Position numbers and translations under genes: made by a program. Positions 1-9,471 of a DNA stretch of 64,000 nucleotides are shown in pieces (position 1 is the first letter of the stretch; every line of letters starts with the position of its first letter). Source of the DNA: Gammaproteobacteria bacterium (GTDB taxonomy: Bacteria > Pseudomonadota > Gammaproteobacteria > G965277405); contig OZ255726.1 in assembly GCA_965277405.1 (NCBI GenBank), positions 64,001-128,000 on the forward strand. Reading direction: 5' to 3'. The notes below the pieces were generated by a model. The model was not told where the DNA came from and did not search any database. It saw only the letters and a program-made list of their open reading frames with translations.

Positions 1-1
1 C

Positions 2-697
2 GCCAACACCAAAGTTCGCCAAGCAATCGTCTACGCTGTCAATAACGCAGGGATTGTCAAAAAAATAATGCGTGGCGATGCTGGGGCTGCAGCACAACTA
101 TCGCCTATCGGATATCAAGGGTATAATGCGCATCTCAAGCCACGCTTCAATGTCGCTAAGGCCAAACAACTTATGCAGGAAGCTGGATACGCTGATGGTT
201 TTACAGTATCAATGATGGCGCCAAACAACCGCTATGTAAATGACGAAAAAATTGCGCAAGCAGTAGCGGCAATGCTGGCAAAAATTAAAATAAAAGTCAA
301 TTTGCAAACCCTCCCCAAAGCACAGTATTGGCCAAAATTTGATGAGCGCGCTGCCGATATAATGATGATTGGCTGGCATTCAGACACTGAAGATTCGGCA
401 AATTTTTTTGAATTCCTCGCGATGTGCCCAAACACCAAAACGGGGTATGGACAATACAACTCGGGGAATTACTGCAACCCAGAAGTGGACGAATTAACCA
501 CCAAGGCAAATACAGAAACTGACACGGCAAAACGCCAAACAATGTTGCAACGCGTTGAACAGATATTGTACAACGCAGCTGCGTTTGTGCCGCTACATTG
601 GCAGAACCTAACATGGGCTGCACAGAATAACGTAGCTGCTGAGCCAGTTTTAAACGTATTGAATTTTCCATATTTTGGGGACTTAGTAATTCAATAA
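2..697 (+). CDS. Peptide/nickel-type ABC transporter substrate-binding protein (family 5), 5'-truncated by window edge
   Basis: Frame open from base 2 (ANTKVRQAIVYAVN...). SBP family 5 C-terminal motifs: AKAKQLMQEAGY, YNSGNYCNPEVDEL, FVPLHWQ. Confidence 0.9.
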   Translation, partial: ANTKVRQAIVYAVNNAGIVKKIMRGDAGAAAQLSPIGYQGYNAHLKPRFNVAKAKQLMQEAGYADGFTVSMMAPNNRYVNDEKIAQAVAAMLAKIKIKVNLQTLPKAQYWPKFDERAADIMMIGWHSDTEDSANFFEFLAMCPNTKTGYGQYNSGNYCNPEVDELTTKANTETDTAKRQTMLQRVEQILYNAAAFVPLHWQNLTWAAQNNVAAEPVLNVLNFPYFGDLVIQ

Positions 698-841
698 TAC
701 CTACATAAAGCCCTGAATAACCAATAGATGGACACGCTGGCGCAAATGCTACTCACAGCAATATATCCATTACTGCAGCTGTTTATGCTGGGAATAACGC
801 GGTATTCAGGGTTTTAACAAAAATATATTCGATATAAAAGC

Positions 842-1825
842 ATGATTGTATTCATCATTCGCCGCTGCATTCAAGCGTTATTAGTCATGGTAACAATCAG
901 CGTGCTGGCATTTGCAATTCAAAGCCAGCTAGGCGACCCGGTGCGGATGCTAACAAGTGACAGCACTTCGGCAAAAGACAGAGAGATAATCCGAGAGCAG
1001 TTAGGTTTAAATGACCCCATCTACCTGCAATACCTCCGCTTTGCAAGTCGGGCCATACAAGGCGACTTTGGGACTTCATATTTTTTTAAAAGGTCATCAC
1101 TGGCAGTAATCTTAGAACGCCTCCCAGCCACATTGGAACTGGTCATCGTCGCCACGTTGATAATCATCAGCTATTCCCTTCCTTTTGGTATATTTTGTGC
1201 GGTATTTCCACAACATTGGCTGACAAAATCAATCATGGCTATTTCAGTCATAGGGATTTCTATTCCTGTTTTTCTCACAGCAATTATGTTGATTTATGTT
1301 TTTGCTGTTGAATTAGGATGGATGCCTTCGTTTGGACGTGGCGAAACCGTACAATTTGGTTTTTGGCAAAGCAATTTTTTTACTGTCGATGGCTGGCAAC
1401 ATATAATTCTTCCTGCGATTACGCTCTCATCAATCATGCTGCCGTTATTTGTGAGGTTAATTCGCAGCGAGATGGTCGAAACGCTCCAACAGGAATACAT
1501 TCGCTTTGCACGTTCCAAAGGCTTAAGCGAAACCGCCATATTGTTCAAACATGCATTGCGCAATGTGCTCGTACCAATTGTCACAGTTGGTGGTTTGCAA
1601 ATTGGCACCATGATTGCCTACACTATTTTAACAGAAACGGTGTTTCAATGGCCTGGAATGGGGTTCATGTTTTTAGAAGCCGTAAGTCGCTCAGACCTGC
1701 CACTGATATCAACCTACTTAATTGTGGTAGGCGCAATTTTTATTATCACCAATACCATTGTTGATATTTTGTATGGGGTTATCAACCCGACAATCAACTT
1801 GGTAACACGCAACACTAATGCATAG
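842..1825 (+). CDS. Peptide ABC transporter permease, DppB/OppB-like
   Basis: LGLNDPIYLQY, GDFGTS, EAA loop (EYIRFARSKGL), TETVFQWPGMG. Confidence 0.92.
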   Translation: MIVFIIRRCIQALLVMVTISVLAFAIQSQLGDPVRMLTSDSTSAKDREIIREQLGLNDPIYLQYLRFASRAIQGDFGTSYFFKRSSLAVILERLPATLELVIVATLIIISYSLPFGIFCAVFPQHWLTKSIMAISVIGISIPVFLTAIMLIYVFAVELGWMPSFGRGETVQFGFWQSNFFTVDGWQHIILPAITLSSIMLPLFVRLIRSEMVETLQQEYIRFARSKGLSETAILFKHALRNVLVPIVTVGGLQIGTMIAYTILTETVFQWPGMGFMFLEAVSRSDLPLISTYLIVVGAIFIITNTIVDILYGVINPTINLVTRNTNA

Positions 1826-2726
1826 ATATCCAAGCATGTGGCAGAGCTTATATAAAGATAAAATTGCACTCTGCAGCACGGCGGTGTTATTTCTGTTACT
1901 TATCGCTGCTTTTTCAGCGCCATGGCTTGCCCCACACGACCCATATAATCTTGAAACATTAGATATAATGGATAGTGAAATACCACCATTCTGGCAACAA
2001 CAACAACCAACATCATTTGTATTAGGAACAGATGATCAAGGGAGAGACCTACTCTCCACCATGATGTATGGAACCCGTATCTCACTATTAATCGGCTTTG
2101 GTGCGCTGTTATTACAATTAGTGATCGGGGTAACGATTGGGCTGATAGCTGGTTTTTTTGGTGGTAGCACCGACGCTATTCTGATGCGGATTGCCGACAT
2201 TCAGATGTCGTACTCAACTATGATGGTTGCCATTGTTGCATTAGCTGTTTTTCAAGCGGCAATTGGTCAAGAACAATATGCCACATATGCGTTGTGGATG
2301 CTCATAGTTGTCATTGGCATGGCTGAATGGCCAAAAATTGCCAGAACTGTGCGCGCAGGTACCCTCGCAGAAAAAGAAAAAGAATACATACAAGCAATGC
2401 AAGTCATCGGTGCACCAACCATAGTAATATTATGGCGGCATATATTACCAAACACCCTAACGTCGCTGTTTGTTATTAGTACGGTACAACTCGCAGAAGC
2501 TATCGTCACCGAAGCCGCTCTGTCATTTTTAGGACTAGGAATGCCGACCGCAACTCCTTCACTCGGTTCGCTGATATCTTCAGGTTTTGATTATATATTT
2601 TCTGGTTCATGGTGGATTACCCTGATTCCTGGTGTCGTGCTTGTGGCCTTAGTACTCAGCACTAACCTGCTCAGTGATTGGTTGCGCGACTTCCTTAACC
2701 CTAAACTCTACAAACACGAACGCTAG
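1818..2726 (+). CDS. Peptide ABC transporter permease, DppC/OppC-like
   Basis: LGTDDQGRDLLS, EYIQAMQVIGA, RHILPN, EAALSFLGLG. Confidence 0.92.
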   Translation: MHRYPSMWQSLYKDKIALCSTAVLFLLLIAAFSAPWLAPHDPYNLETLDIMDSEIPPFWQQQQPTSFVLGTDDQGRDLLSTMMYGTRISLLIGFGALLLQLVIGVTIGLIAGFFGGSTDAILMRIADIQMSYSTMMVAIVALAVFQAAIGQEQYATYALWMLIVVIGMAEWPKIARTVRAGTLAEKEKEYIQAMQVIGAPTIVILWRHILPNTLTSLFVISTVQLAEAIVTEAALSFLGLGMPTATPSLGSLISSGFDYIFSGSWWITLIPGVVLVALVLSTNLLSDWLRDFLNPKLYKHER

Positions 2727-2774
2727 ACCGCCACTGTAGGTAAGCAAACTCTGATTAAAAGCCACTGCAGCTAA

Positions 2775-3061
2775 GGCATCTCTGATTAAGTCGCTGATGG
2801 AGCGAGTTTGCCTGCAATTGCTGATGATTGCAAGGCGCATTCCGCAGGCGCATGCCGTAGCATATACGCCAAGGGATGCAACACAGCAAGCGCAGCAATT
2901 ACCATCAAACTGTTGTATATTCAACAGAAGGACGGGAAAAAACGCTGCGCTAACATCGTTGCAGCACTTGATAATACCACCAGTATTATCTGCGCACTGC
3001 GTCTAGTTATCATCAGCGTTTTTTCTCCGTCTCGCCCATCATGGACTTAATCAGAGCTTCC
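2775..3061 (+). mobile_element. IS5-derived MITE, full length
   Basis: Ends GGCATCTCTGATTAA...TTAATCAGAGCTTCC. Perfect CTAA duplication at 2771-2774 and 3062-3065. Body repeated elsewhere in the window. Confidence 0.92.
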
Positions 3062-3101
3062 CTAATACGCTACAAAATCAGCATAATACTCGCCGTGGTA
3101 T

Positions 3102-4142
3102 TTACGGCATAACACCAATAGTTTGCAAGCCTGTGTTTTCGGCAAAGCCATACATACAATTGATGTTTTGCACGGCTTGACCTGCAGCGCCTTTGCCAAG
3201 GTTATCAATCGCACTGAAGATAATGACGCCATCGCCAGTTTGGCTGCTGACACCTATTTGGCACATGTTGGTCCCGCGGAGATGTTTGGTCATCGGTGCT
3301 GTATTTGGCTCCAATACATCGACAAATGCTTCAGTTGCATAATAGTCACTGAGTACTGTATGGATGTGCTCCATTGCTAGGGCTGTTTGTAGGTATATAG
3401 TTACCAAAATACCTCGATCTATCGGCAATAAATGCGGGACAAAAGTAATAGATATTGGCTGATGTTTAGCAATTTGTTCGGTTACTTCGGCACTATGTCG
3501 GTGTCCTGTGATTGCATAGGGATGAAAGTTATCAATTAATTCTGCGGCAAGCCCCATTGTGCCAGGTGTTCTACCTGCACCAGTAACACCAGATTTTCCG
3601 TCGATAATTACGGAATTCCAGCTAATTTGTTTTGCACAATCACTTGTTTTGGCAAGTGGATGTAAAGCAAGTTGGATTGCAGTTGCGTAACAACCTGGGT
3701 TGGCAACAAGTTGCGCATTTGCTATTGCACTTCTATCTTGAGTTTCTGGCAGACCATATACTGCTTGCGGAATTAGTTGGATTGCTGTATGCCTTGTACC
3801 ATACCACCGTTGCCAAGTTGTGATATTTTGCAAGCGGAAGTCTGCCGCTAAATCTATCACTCTCACACCACGAGTCAGCAATTCTGCTGCAAATTCCATC
3901 GCCACGCCGTTTGGTGTGGCAAAAATCACAAGTTCGTAGTTGCAAAGTATTTCAATTGTTGGCGCTACAAATGTTTTATCACAGACACTACGTAACTGTG
4001 GTAGTGCTTGTTTTACCAGCATGCCTGCTTCACTTCTAGAACAGATTGCTTGAATGGATATTTGTTGATGTTGATAGAGTAAGCGTAATATTTCTGCGCC
4101 TGTATACCCTTTTCCACCAACAATCGCAGTGGCAATAGTCAT
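3102..4142 (-). CDS. argC: N-acetyl-gamma-glutamyl-phosphate reductase
   Basis: IVGGKGYTGAE, VIDLAADFRL, VANPGCYAT, SGVTGAGR, IDNLGKGAAGQAVQN. Confidence 0.96.
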   Translation of the reverse strand: MTIATAIVGGKGYTGAEILRLLYQHQQISIQAICSRSEAGMLVKQALPQLRSVCDKTFVAPTIEILCNYELVIFATPNGVAMEFAAELLTRGVRVIDLAADFRLQNITTWQRWYGTRHTAIQLIPQAVYGLPETQDRSAIANAQLVANPGCYATAIQLALHPLAKTSDCAKQISWNSVIIDGKSGVTGAGRTPGTMGLAAELIDNFHPYAITGHRHSAEVTEQIAKHQPISITFVPHLLPIDRGILVTIYLQTALAMEHIHTVLSDYYATEAFVDVLEPNTAPMTKHLRGTNMCQIGVSSQTGDGVIIFSAIDNLGKGAAGQAVQNINCMYGFAENTGLQTIGVMP

Positions 4143-4771
4143 GAAATGATACGAGTTGGAATAATTGGTGGCGGGAGTGTTGATGCGCGTTTACGCAACC
4201 AAGAATGTGCAATCAAAAATATAGCAAGGATCCAAAAGGTGCCGACAGGCACGGCAAACAGTAACATTGGCGTGTTGAACAGCCTGATTTCCCAAGGTGT
4301 TGCAGCAAACAGCGTGCCAAAACCAAGCAGCTCGCGGATACAGCCGAGCAGTAGCAGGATCAGCGCAAAACCTAAACCCATCACCACTGCATCAATGGCA
4401 GCTGTGACGATTGGCTGTCGCAATGCAACGACTTTAAGACGCGCAAGAATAATGCAGTTGGTGGTAACGAGTGGCAAGTAAAGCCCCAGTTCTAAATATG
4501 TTGCATAACTCCAACTACCTAAAACTAACTCTGCTATAGCAACAGATGTTGCAATGGTAACAGTAATAACAATTATTTGAGCGGAGGCTGGTATCAGCAC
4601 CCGAATGCTGCTAATAATTATAGCGCTGAATGTGATGACACAAATAGTAACTGCACTCAAGATGGTTGCGTTATATATTGAATTTGAGGCAGCCATTATC
4701 GGACATAAACCGAGCATGTGGATCAGCACAGGATTGTCTGATAGTACTTTGACAAGAATAGACTGCTGCAT
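4139..4771 (-). CDS. rsxE: Rnf/Rsx electron transport complex subunit E (orphan in this window)
   Basis: NPVLIHMLGLCP, LGLYLPLVTTNCIILAR, IRELLGFGTLF. Confidence 0.88.
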   Translation of the reverse strand: MQQSILVKVLSDNPVLIHMLGLCPIMAASNSIYNATILSAVTICVITFSAIIISSIRVLIPASAQIIVITVTIATSVAIAELVLGSWSYATYLELGLYLPLVTTNCIILARLKVVALRQPIVTAAIDAVVMGLGFALILLLLGCIRELLGFGTLFAATPWEIRLFNTPMLLFAVPVGTFWILAIFLIAHSWLRKRASTLPPPIIPTRIIS

Positions 4772-4830
4772 GTTGCACTATAATCAGCGCACCTTGGCAT
4801 TTTGCAAGCATTGCGCAAGGTAATTATTAA

Positions 4831-4882
4831 GAAAACTCTGATTAAGTCCATTATGGGCGATGCGCTGCAACAACGAGCTTCC
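4831..4882. mobile_element. Internally deleted MITE remnant
   Basis: GAAAACTCTGATTAAGTCCATTATGGGCGA...GAGCTTCC, flanked by TTAA and TTAG. Confidence 0.65.
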
Positions 4883-5075
4883 TTAGCATTTACACTTAGA
4901 GCTTCTACGTAAGAATCATATGATTGTGTTGGCAGTGTATAGTATTGTGTGCGGCGGCGTTTTATGCTGTTGCCCGATTCCTACCAGGCACAAAGGCGCA
5001 TGTATGCAGTCGCATTGTCCACATTACACATATATACACAGTAACATTACCACCGATTACGTTAAGGTCTAGCTT

Positions 5076-6464
5076 ATGCAAATTATTATTCTTGGCGCAG
5101 GACAAGTTGGCTCAAGCCTGGCACGATTATTGAGCAAAGATATAAAAAATCATATCACGCTAGTTGATTCAAACTTGGATAATTTGGAAGAGCTTAAAGA
5201 AAAATTAGATATACGCACGGTACATGGAAAAGCATCTCATCCGAATGTGTTACAAGATGCAGGAGCGGCAAGTTGTGATATCATAATTGCGGTAACGACA
5301 AACGATGAAATTAATATACTTGCCGCAGAGATTGCTAGAAATTTATACAAAGTACCAACGACACTGGCACGTGTGCGCGAAACCGCATACTCAGATAAAC
5401 GCTCTTTATTTGAGAAAACTCAACACAAAGCAGACGGTGGATTTCAAATCAATGTGTTAATCGCCCCTGAATCACAGGTGAGTGAGCATATTTTTAATTT
5501 AATTGAATTTCCCAATGCAAAGACTGTGGTTTCATTTGCTAATCAACAAATAAAGCTTGCTGCAATAGAAGCAGAAAAACACTGCAGTATGATTGGGCAT
5601 AAGTTAGCTGATATTTCGCAGGTTCTTCCTGCACTCAACTTAAGGGTTGCTGCCATTTATCGCAACCAACAAGCGCTGGTGCCTGATGGTAAAACGATAA
5701 TTAAAGAAGGTGATGAAGTGTTATTTATAGCATCATCAAAATTTATACGCGCAGTGTTGCATCATTTTCGACCAACGGAGCAAGTTGCCAAACGCATAAC
5801 GATTGCCGGCGGCGGCAATATCGGTCGCCTGTTAGCTAAGCGCCTGGAAAAAACAGCGCAAGTGCGAATTATTGAACAAAATCTTGAGGTATGTCATCAG
5901 CTGTCAGTTGAATTGCAAAACACCTTGGTTGTCAACGGTGATTCAACCGACCAACAGTTATTGCTTGATGAAATGGTAGATAAATCAGATGTTTTTTGTG
6001 CTGTGACCAACAATGATGAGTCAAATGTGCTATCGAGCCTTTTGGCGAAAAGCATTGGCGTGGCGCGGGTGATTACCTTGGTTGGCAAAGACACATACAG
6101 AGAGCTTGCTGATGTTGGACTGATGTCCTTGGATCATATTGTTGCTCCGCAAGAAATAACGTTGAGTAGCATATTGGCGTATATTCGACCAGGTGACGTT
6201 GCCAAAGTCCACACACTCCATTCAGGAACAGCTGAAGCACTTGAGATTGTGCTGCATGGCTCTGCTGCAAGCTCACAAATTATTGGCAAACCAGCTAGTA
6301 CAATCCCAGTGCCACACGGAACAACGATTTGTGCTGTTCTACGCGACGGCGAAGTATTGATTGTCCATAATGACACTGTATTGCAAGAACATGATCATGT
6401 TATTGTGTTTGTGAATAACATTAAGATAATTAACGAACTGGAGCAGTTATTCCATGTGTATTAG
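5076..6464 (+). CDS. trkA: Trk potassium uptake system NAD-binding subunit
   Basis: MQIIILGAGQVG, second RCK domain IAGGGNIG, AEALEIV; 462 aa. Confidence 0.96.
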   Translation: MQIIILGAGQVGSSLARLLSKDIKNHITLVDSNLDNLEELKEKLDIRTVHGKASHPNVLQDAGAASCDIIIAVTTNDEINILAAEIARNLYKVPTTLARVRETAYSDKRSLFEKTQHKADGGFQINVLIAPESQVSEHIFNLIEFPNAKTVVSFANQQIKLAAIEAEKHCSMIGHKLADISQVLPALNLRVAAIYRNQQALVPDGKTIIKEGDEVLFIASSKFIRAVLHHFRPTEQVAKRITIAGGGNIGRLLAKRLEKTAQVRIIEQNLEVCHQLSVELQNTLVVNGDSTDQQLLLDEMVDKSDVFCAVTNNDESNVLSSLLAKSIGVARVITLVGKDTYRELADVGLMSLDHIVAPQEITLSSILAYIRPGDVAKVHTLHSGTAEALEIVLHGSAASSQIIGKPASTIPVPHGTTICAVLRDGEVLIVHNDTVLQEHDHVIVFVNNIKIINELEQLFHVY

Positions 6465-7086
6465 AATGAGATATTTTGTGCTATTGCTGCTGCTATGTTC
6501 TGGAATTTCTCAAACTGTTGCTGCGACCGTTGACGTAGTAGGTCGTTTACAAGCAGTATTGATTGATCTACCCGCGTTACAAGCCGATTTCACCCAACAA
6601 ACAGTGACAGGTGACGGAATAGTGTTGCAATCGAGTTCAGGCACGCTGCTGGTACAAAAACCAAGAAAATTTGTATGGGATGTTGTCGAGCCATTTCGCA
6701 ACACAACTGTTTCTGATGGGAAGCAGATTGCCATCATTGACTATGATTTAGAACAAGTGGTCATCCAAGAATTTAATGAAGACATATACGCCACTCCAGC
6801 TGCACTGCTGAGTGGAAAAAAAAAAGATGTGATTCAGGCGTTTACGATTGAGTATTCTCACGATAATAACCGAGAAACATTTCGATTGACTCCCAAAAAC
6901 ACGGAAAGCCCAGTTGAAACAATTGTGGTGAATTTCATTGCTGGCACCCTTGCTGATTTGTTGATTGCTGACAGCTTAGGTCAACGCAGCTTGCTTACAT
7001 TTAGCAATGTTGATACCAACCCAAATGTAGATGAATCGATGTTTGCTTTTACATTTCCCAAAAACTTTGACGTTTTTAAACAATAG
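6454..7086 (+). CDS. lolA: Outer membrane lipoprotein chaperone LolA (alternative start 6466)
   Basis: Signal peptide; ADFTQQ, QKPRKFVW, VSDGKQI, YDLEQV, TPAALL, DSLGQRS. Confidence 0.9.
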   Translation: MCIRMRYFVLLLLLCSGISQTVAATVDVVGRLQAVLIDLPALQADFTQQTVTGDGIVLQSSSGTLLVQKPRKFVWDVVEPFRNTTVSDGKQIAIIDYDLEQVVIQEFNEDIYATPAALLSGKKKDVIQAFTIEYSHDNNRETFRLTPKNTESPVETIVVNFIAGTLADLLIADSLGQRSLLTFSNVDTNPNVDESMFAFTFPKNFDVFKQ

Positions 7087-7140
7087 CACTCCTTGATTTT
7101 TAGCGGAATAATCCAATACATACGTCCAATCATTAGTTAG

Positions 7141-7260
7141 GGAAGCTCTGTGTTGCATCCCTTGGCGTATATGCTACGGCATGCGCTTATCGGTTTGTGC
7201 CTTGCAATCATCAGCAATTGCAGGCAAACTCGCTCCATCAGCGACTTAATCAGAGGTTCC
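7141..7260 (-). mobile_element. Internally deleted MITE (120 bp)
   Basis: GGAAGCTCTG fused directly to the MITE body; ends TTAATCAGAGGTTCC. TTAG on both sides. Confidence 0.85.
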
Positions 7261-7264
7261 TTAG

Positions 7265-8495
7265 GGAATCTCTGATTAAGTCCCAAACAACAGCAATATC
7301 AGCTACAAAGATATACAATGGTGAATCTATTTGAATATTTGAATAAGCGGATAATCTTATGAAACAAACAACTTTTGCCAGTGCTGCATACGACCACAAG
7401 AAAGTAACAACAAAACGTGAAAAATTCTTGCAGTTAATGGACAAATTAGCTCCATGGCAACAGTTGTTAGAGTTAATAGAACCGCATTATCCCAAGAAAG
7501 GGAATGGCCGCCCACCGATTAATATGCAGACCATGTTACGCATTTATTTTTTACAGCAATGGTACAACTTATCAGACCCAGGGGTAGAAGAAGCACTATA
7601 TGACATGGAAAGCATGCGGCGTTTTGCCCATATAGAGCTGATAGACGATGCCATCCCTGATGAAACCACCATCTTGAACTTGCCCGCAGGATCATAGAAA
7701 AACATCAACTCAGCGTCAAGATACTTGCTGTGGTGAATGAGTATTGTATGGAAAATAATATAATAATCTCACAAGGGACAATGGTTGATGCCACGACCAT
7801 CAATGCGCCATCATCTACGCAGAATTAAAGAGAAAAAACGGGATCCTGAAATGCATCAAACCCGCAAAGGCAATCAGTGGTATTTTGGCATGAAGATTCA
7901 TATAGGAACTGACGCTAATAGCAATATGATTCATAGCGCGACAGTTACAGCCGCGAATGAAGCGGACATCAATGAACTCCCCAAATTGCTGCGTGAAACA
8001 GATAAGGTTATCTTTGCCGATGCAGGATATACGAGCGACAGTTATAAACGCGGCTCGCGTCACCTTGGGATAGATTGGCGCGTGAATGATAAACGTAAAC
8101 CAAAGCAGCAAATGAGCACCTCGCAGCGCAAACGCAATAGACAGAACTCTAAGGTGCGCGCCCGGATTGAGCACTGTTTTCGGGTAATCAAATGTCAGTT
8201 TGGTTATAAGAAAGCTCGCTACAAAGGACTAGAAAAGAATCGAGTACAAGTATTTTCTTTGCTTGCATTGACGAACTTATACATGCTGCGCGGACGACTA
8301 ACAGGATAGAACCGCCCAAAATTCAAGAAAAACAGTAAAAAACAATAAAAACAGTAAAAAACAGTAAAAAACAGTAAAACAGCAACACGAAGATCAGCGA
8401 AATGATCAAATATTGACCATTGAAAATTATTGCTATTATTTTTTTGGAGTATATGCGAGTTATTGGAGTATATGAGCGTCTTAATCAGAGCTTCC
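7265..8495 (+). mobile_element. IS5-family insertion sequence, defective copy 1
   Basis: TIRs GGAATCTCTGATTAA / TTAATCAGAGCTTCC. Near-identical to the intact copy at 26075-27292. Confidence 0.95.
7359..8309 (+). pseudogene. IS5 transposase, frameshifted
   Basis: +2 insertion near 7682 (AACTTGCCCGCAGG vs AACTTCCGCAGG) gives a stop at 7697. A further +1 lies near 7825. Confidence 0.92.
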
Positions 8496-8499
8496 CTAG

Positions 8500-8785
8500 G
8501 GAATCTCTGATTAAGTCCATGATGGGCGAGACGGAGAAAAAACGCTGATGATAACTAGACGCAGTGCGCAGATAATACTGGTGGTATTATCAAGTGCTGC
8601 AACGACGTTAGCGCAGCGTTTTTTCCCGGCCTTCTATTGAATATATGATGGTTTGCCTACAAGCGGTACTTGCTGTGTTGCATCCCTTGGCGTATATGCT
8701 ACGGCATGCGCTTATCGGTTTGTGCCTTGCAATCATCAGCAATTGCAGGCAAACTCGCTCCATCAGCGACTTAATCAGAGGTTCC
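8500..8785 (-). mobile_element. IS5-derived MITE, full length
   Basis: Both TIRs present. Separated from IS copy 1 by CTAG and followed by TTAG. Confidence 0.92.
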
Positions 8786-8809
8786 TTAGGGAAATTCATT
8801 GGTGAAAAC

Positions 8810-9331
8810 ATGCAAGGTACAAAATTATTTCTAACCCTCGTGTTGGTTGGTATCGCGAGTACTAGTTATGCCGCTCAACAATTCTCTGCTGAAAATTATA
8901 AAAAACCCAATGTTGCACAACTGCGAAGTTCTCTTTCAACATTAGCATTTCAGGTCACGCAACAAGACGGCACAGAACGCGCGTATTCCAATAAATATTG
9001 GGATAACAATGCCGTTGGCATCTATGTTGATATCATCAGCGGCGAGCCGTTATTTTCATCTACTGATAAATATAAATCTGGTACTGGTTGGCCGAGTTTT
9101 ACCCAACCTATAGATCCACAATTTGTTACAGAACATACAGATTATATATGGTTCATACCGCGTACTGAAGTGCGCAGTATGTATGCAGACTCGCATCTTG
9201 GTCATGTTTTCAATGATGGTCCTGCGCCAATTGGACTGCGGTATTGTATTAATTCAGCTGCATTACGGTTTATACCAGTCGAACAACTCGCAGCAAAGGG
9301 ATATACAACATACATTCCATTATTCGATTAG
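8810..9331 (+). CDS. msrB: Peptide-methionine (R)-S-oxide reductase with signal peptide
   Basis: [43 protein letters not shown] at 8810 chosen because the longer ORF starts inside the MITE. Confidence 0.95.
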   Translation: MQGTKLFLTLVLVGIASTSYAAQQFSAENYKKPNVAQLRSSLSTLAFQVTQQDGTERAYSNKYWDNNAVGIYVDIISGEPLFSSTDKYKSGTGWPSFTQPIDPQFVTEHTDYIWFIPRTEVRSMYADSHLGHVFNDGPAPIGLRYCINSAALRFIPVEQLAAKGYTTYIPLFD

Positions 9332-9471
9332 TGAACCGCTGCTTAACCATACAACGGCTACCTTGATACTCACAGCAGAACTGCCTTTAATTACACAAGG
9401 ATATTGCGTTGTTTTTCTAGTGTTTTAGGAAACAAATTATATAATCAAGTCTTTTAATCGATTTTGTTGTA

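Noticed and set aside
2727-2774. Peptide ABC operon apparently lacking ATPase genes
   Set aside because: The operon is cut by the window edge, so ATPase genes may lie upstream.
2797-3050. Small repeated ORFs (MERVCLQLL..., MPAIADDCK...) also at 8608, 22898, 43357 and 48515
   Set aside because: They lie inside MITE copies and their frames are broken differently in each copy, so there is no sign of coding constraint.
7676-7700. Programmed frameshift in the IS5 transposase
   Set aside because: The intact copy is one continuous ORF and no slippery motif is present at the lesion.
8645-8809. N-terminal extensions of msrB, and of uppP (34357-34605)
   Set aside because: Chance open frames through MITE DNA; normal starts exist at 8810 and 34356.
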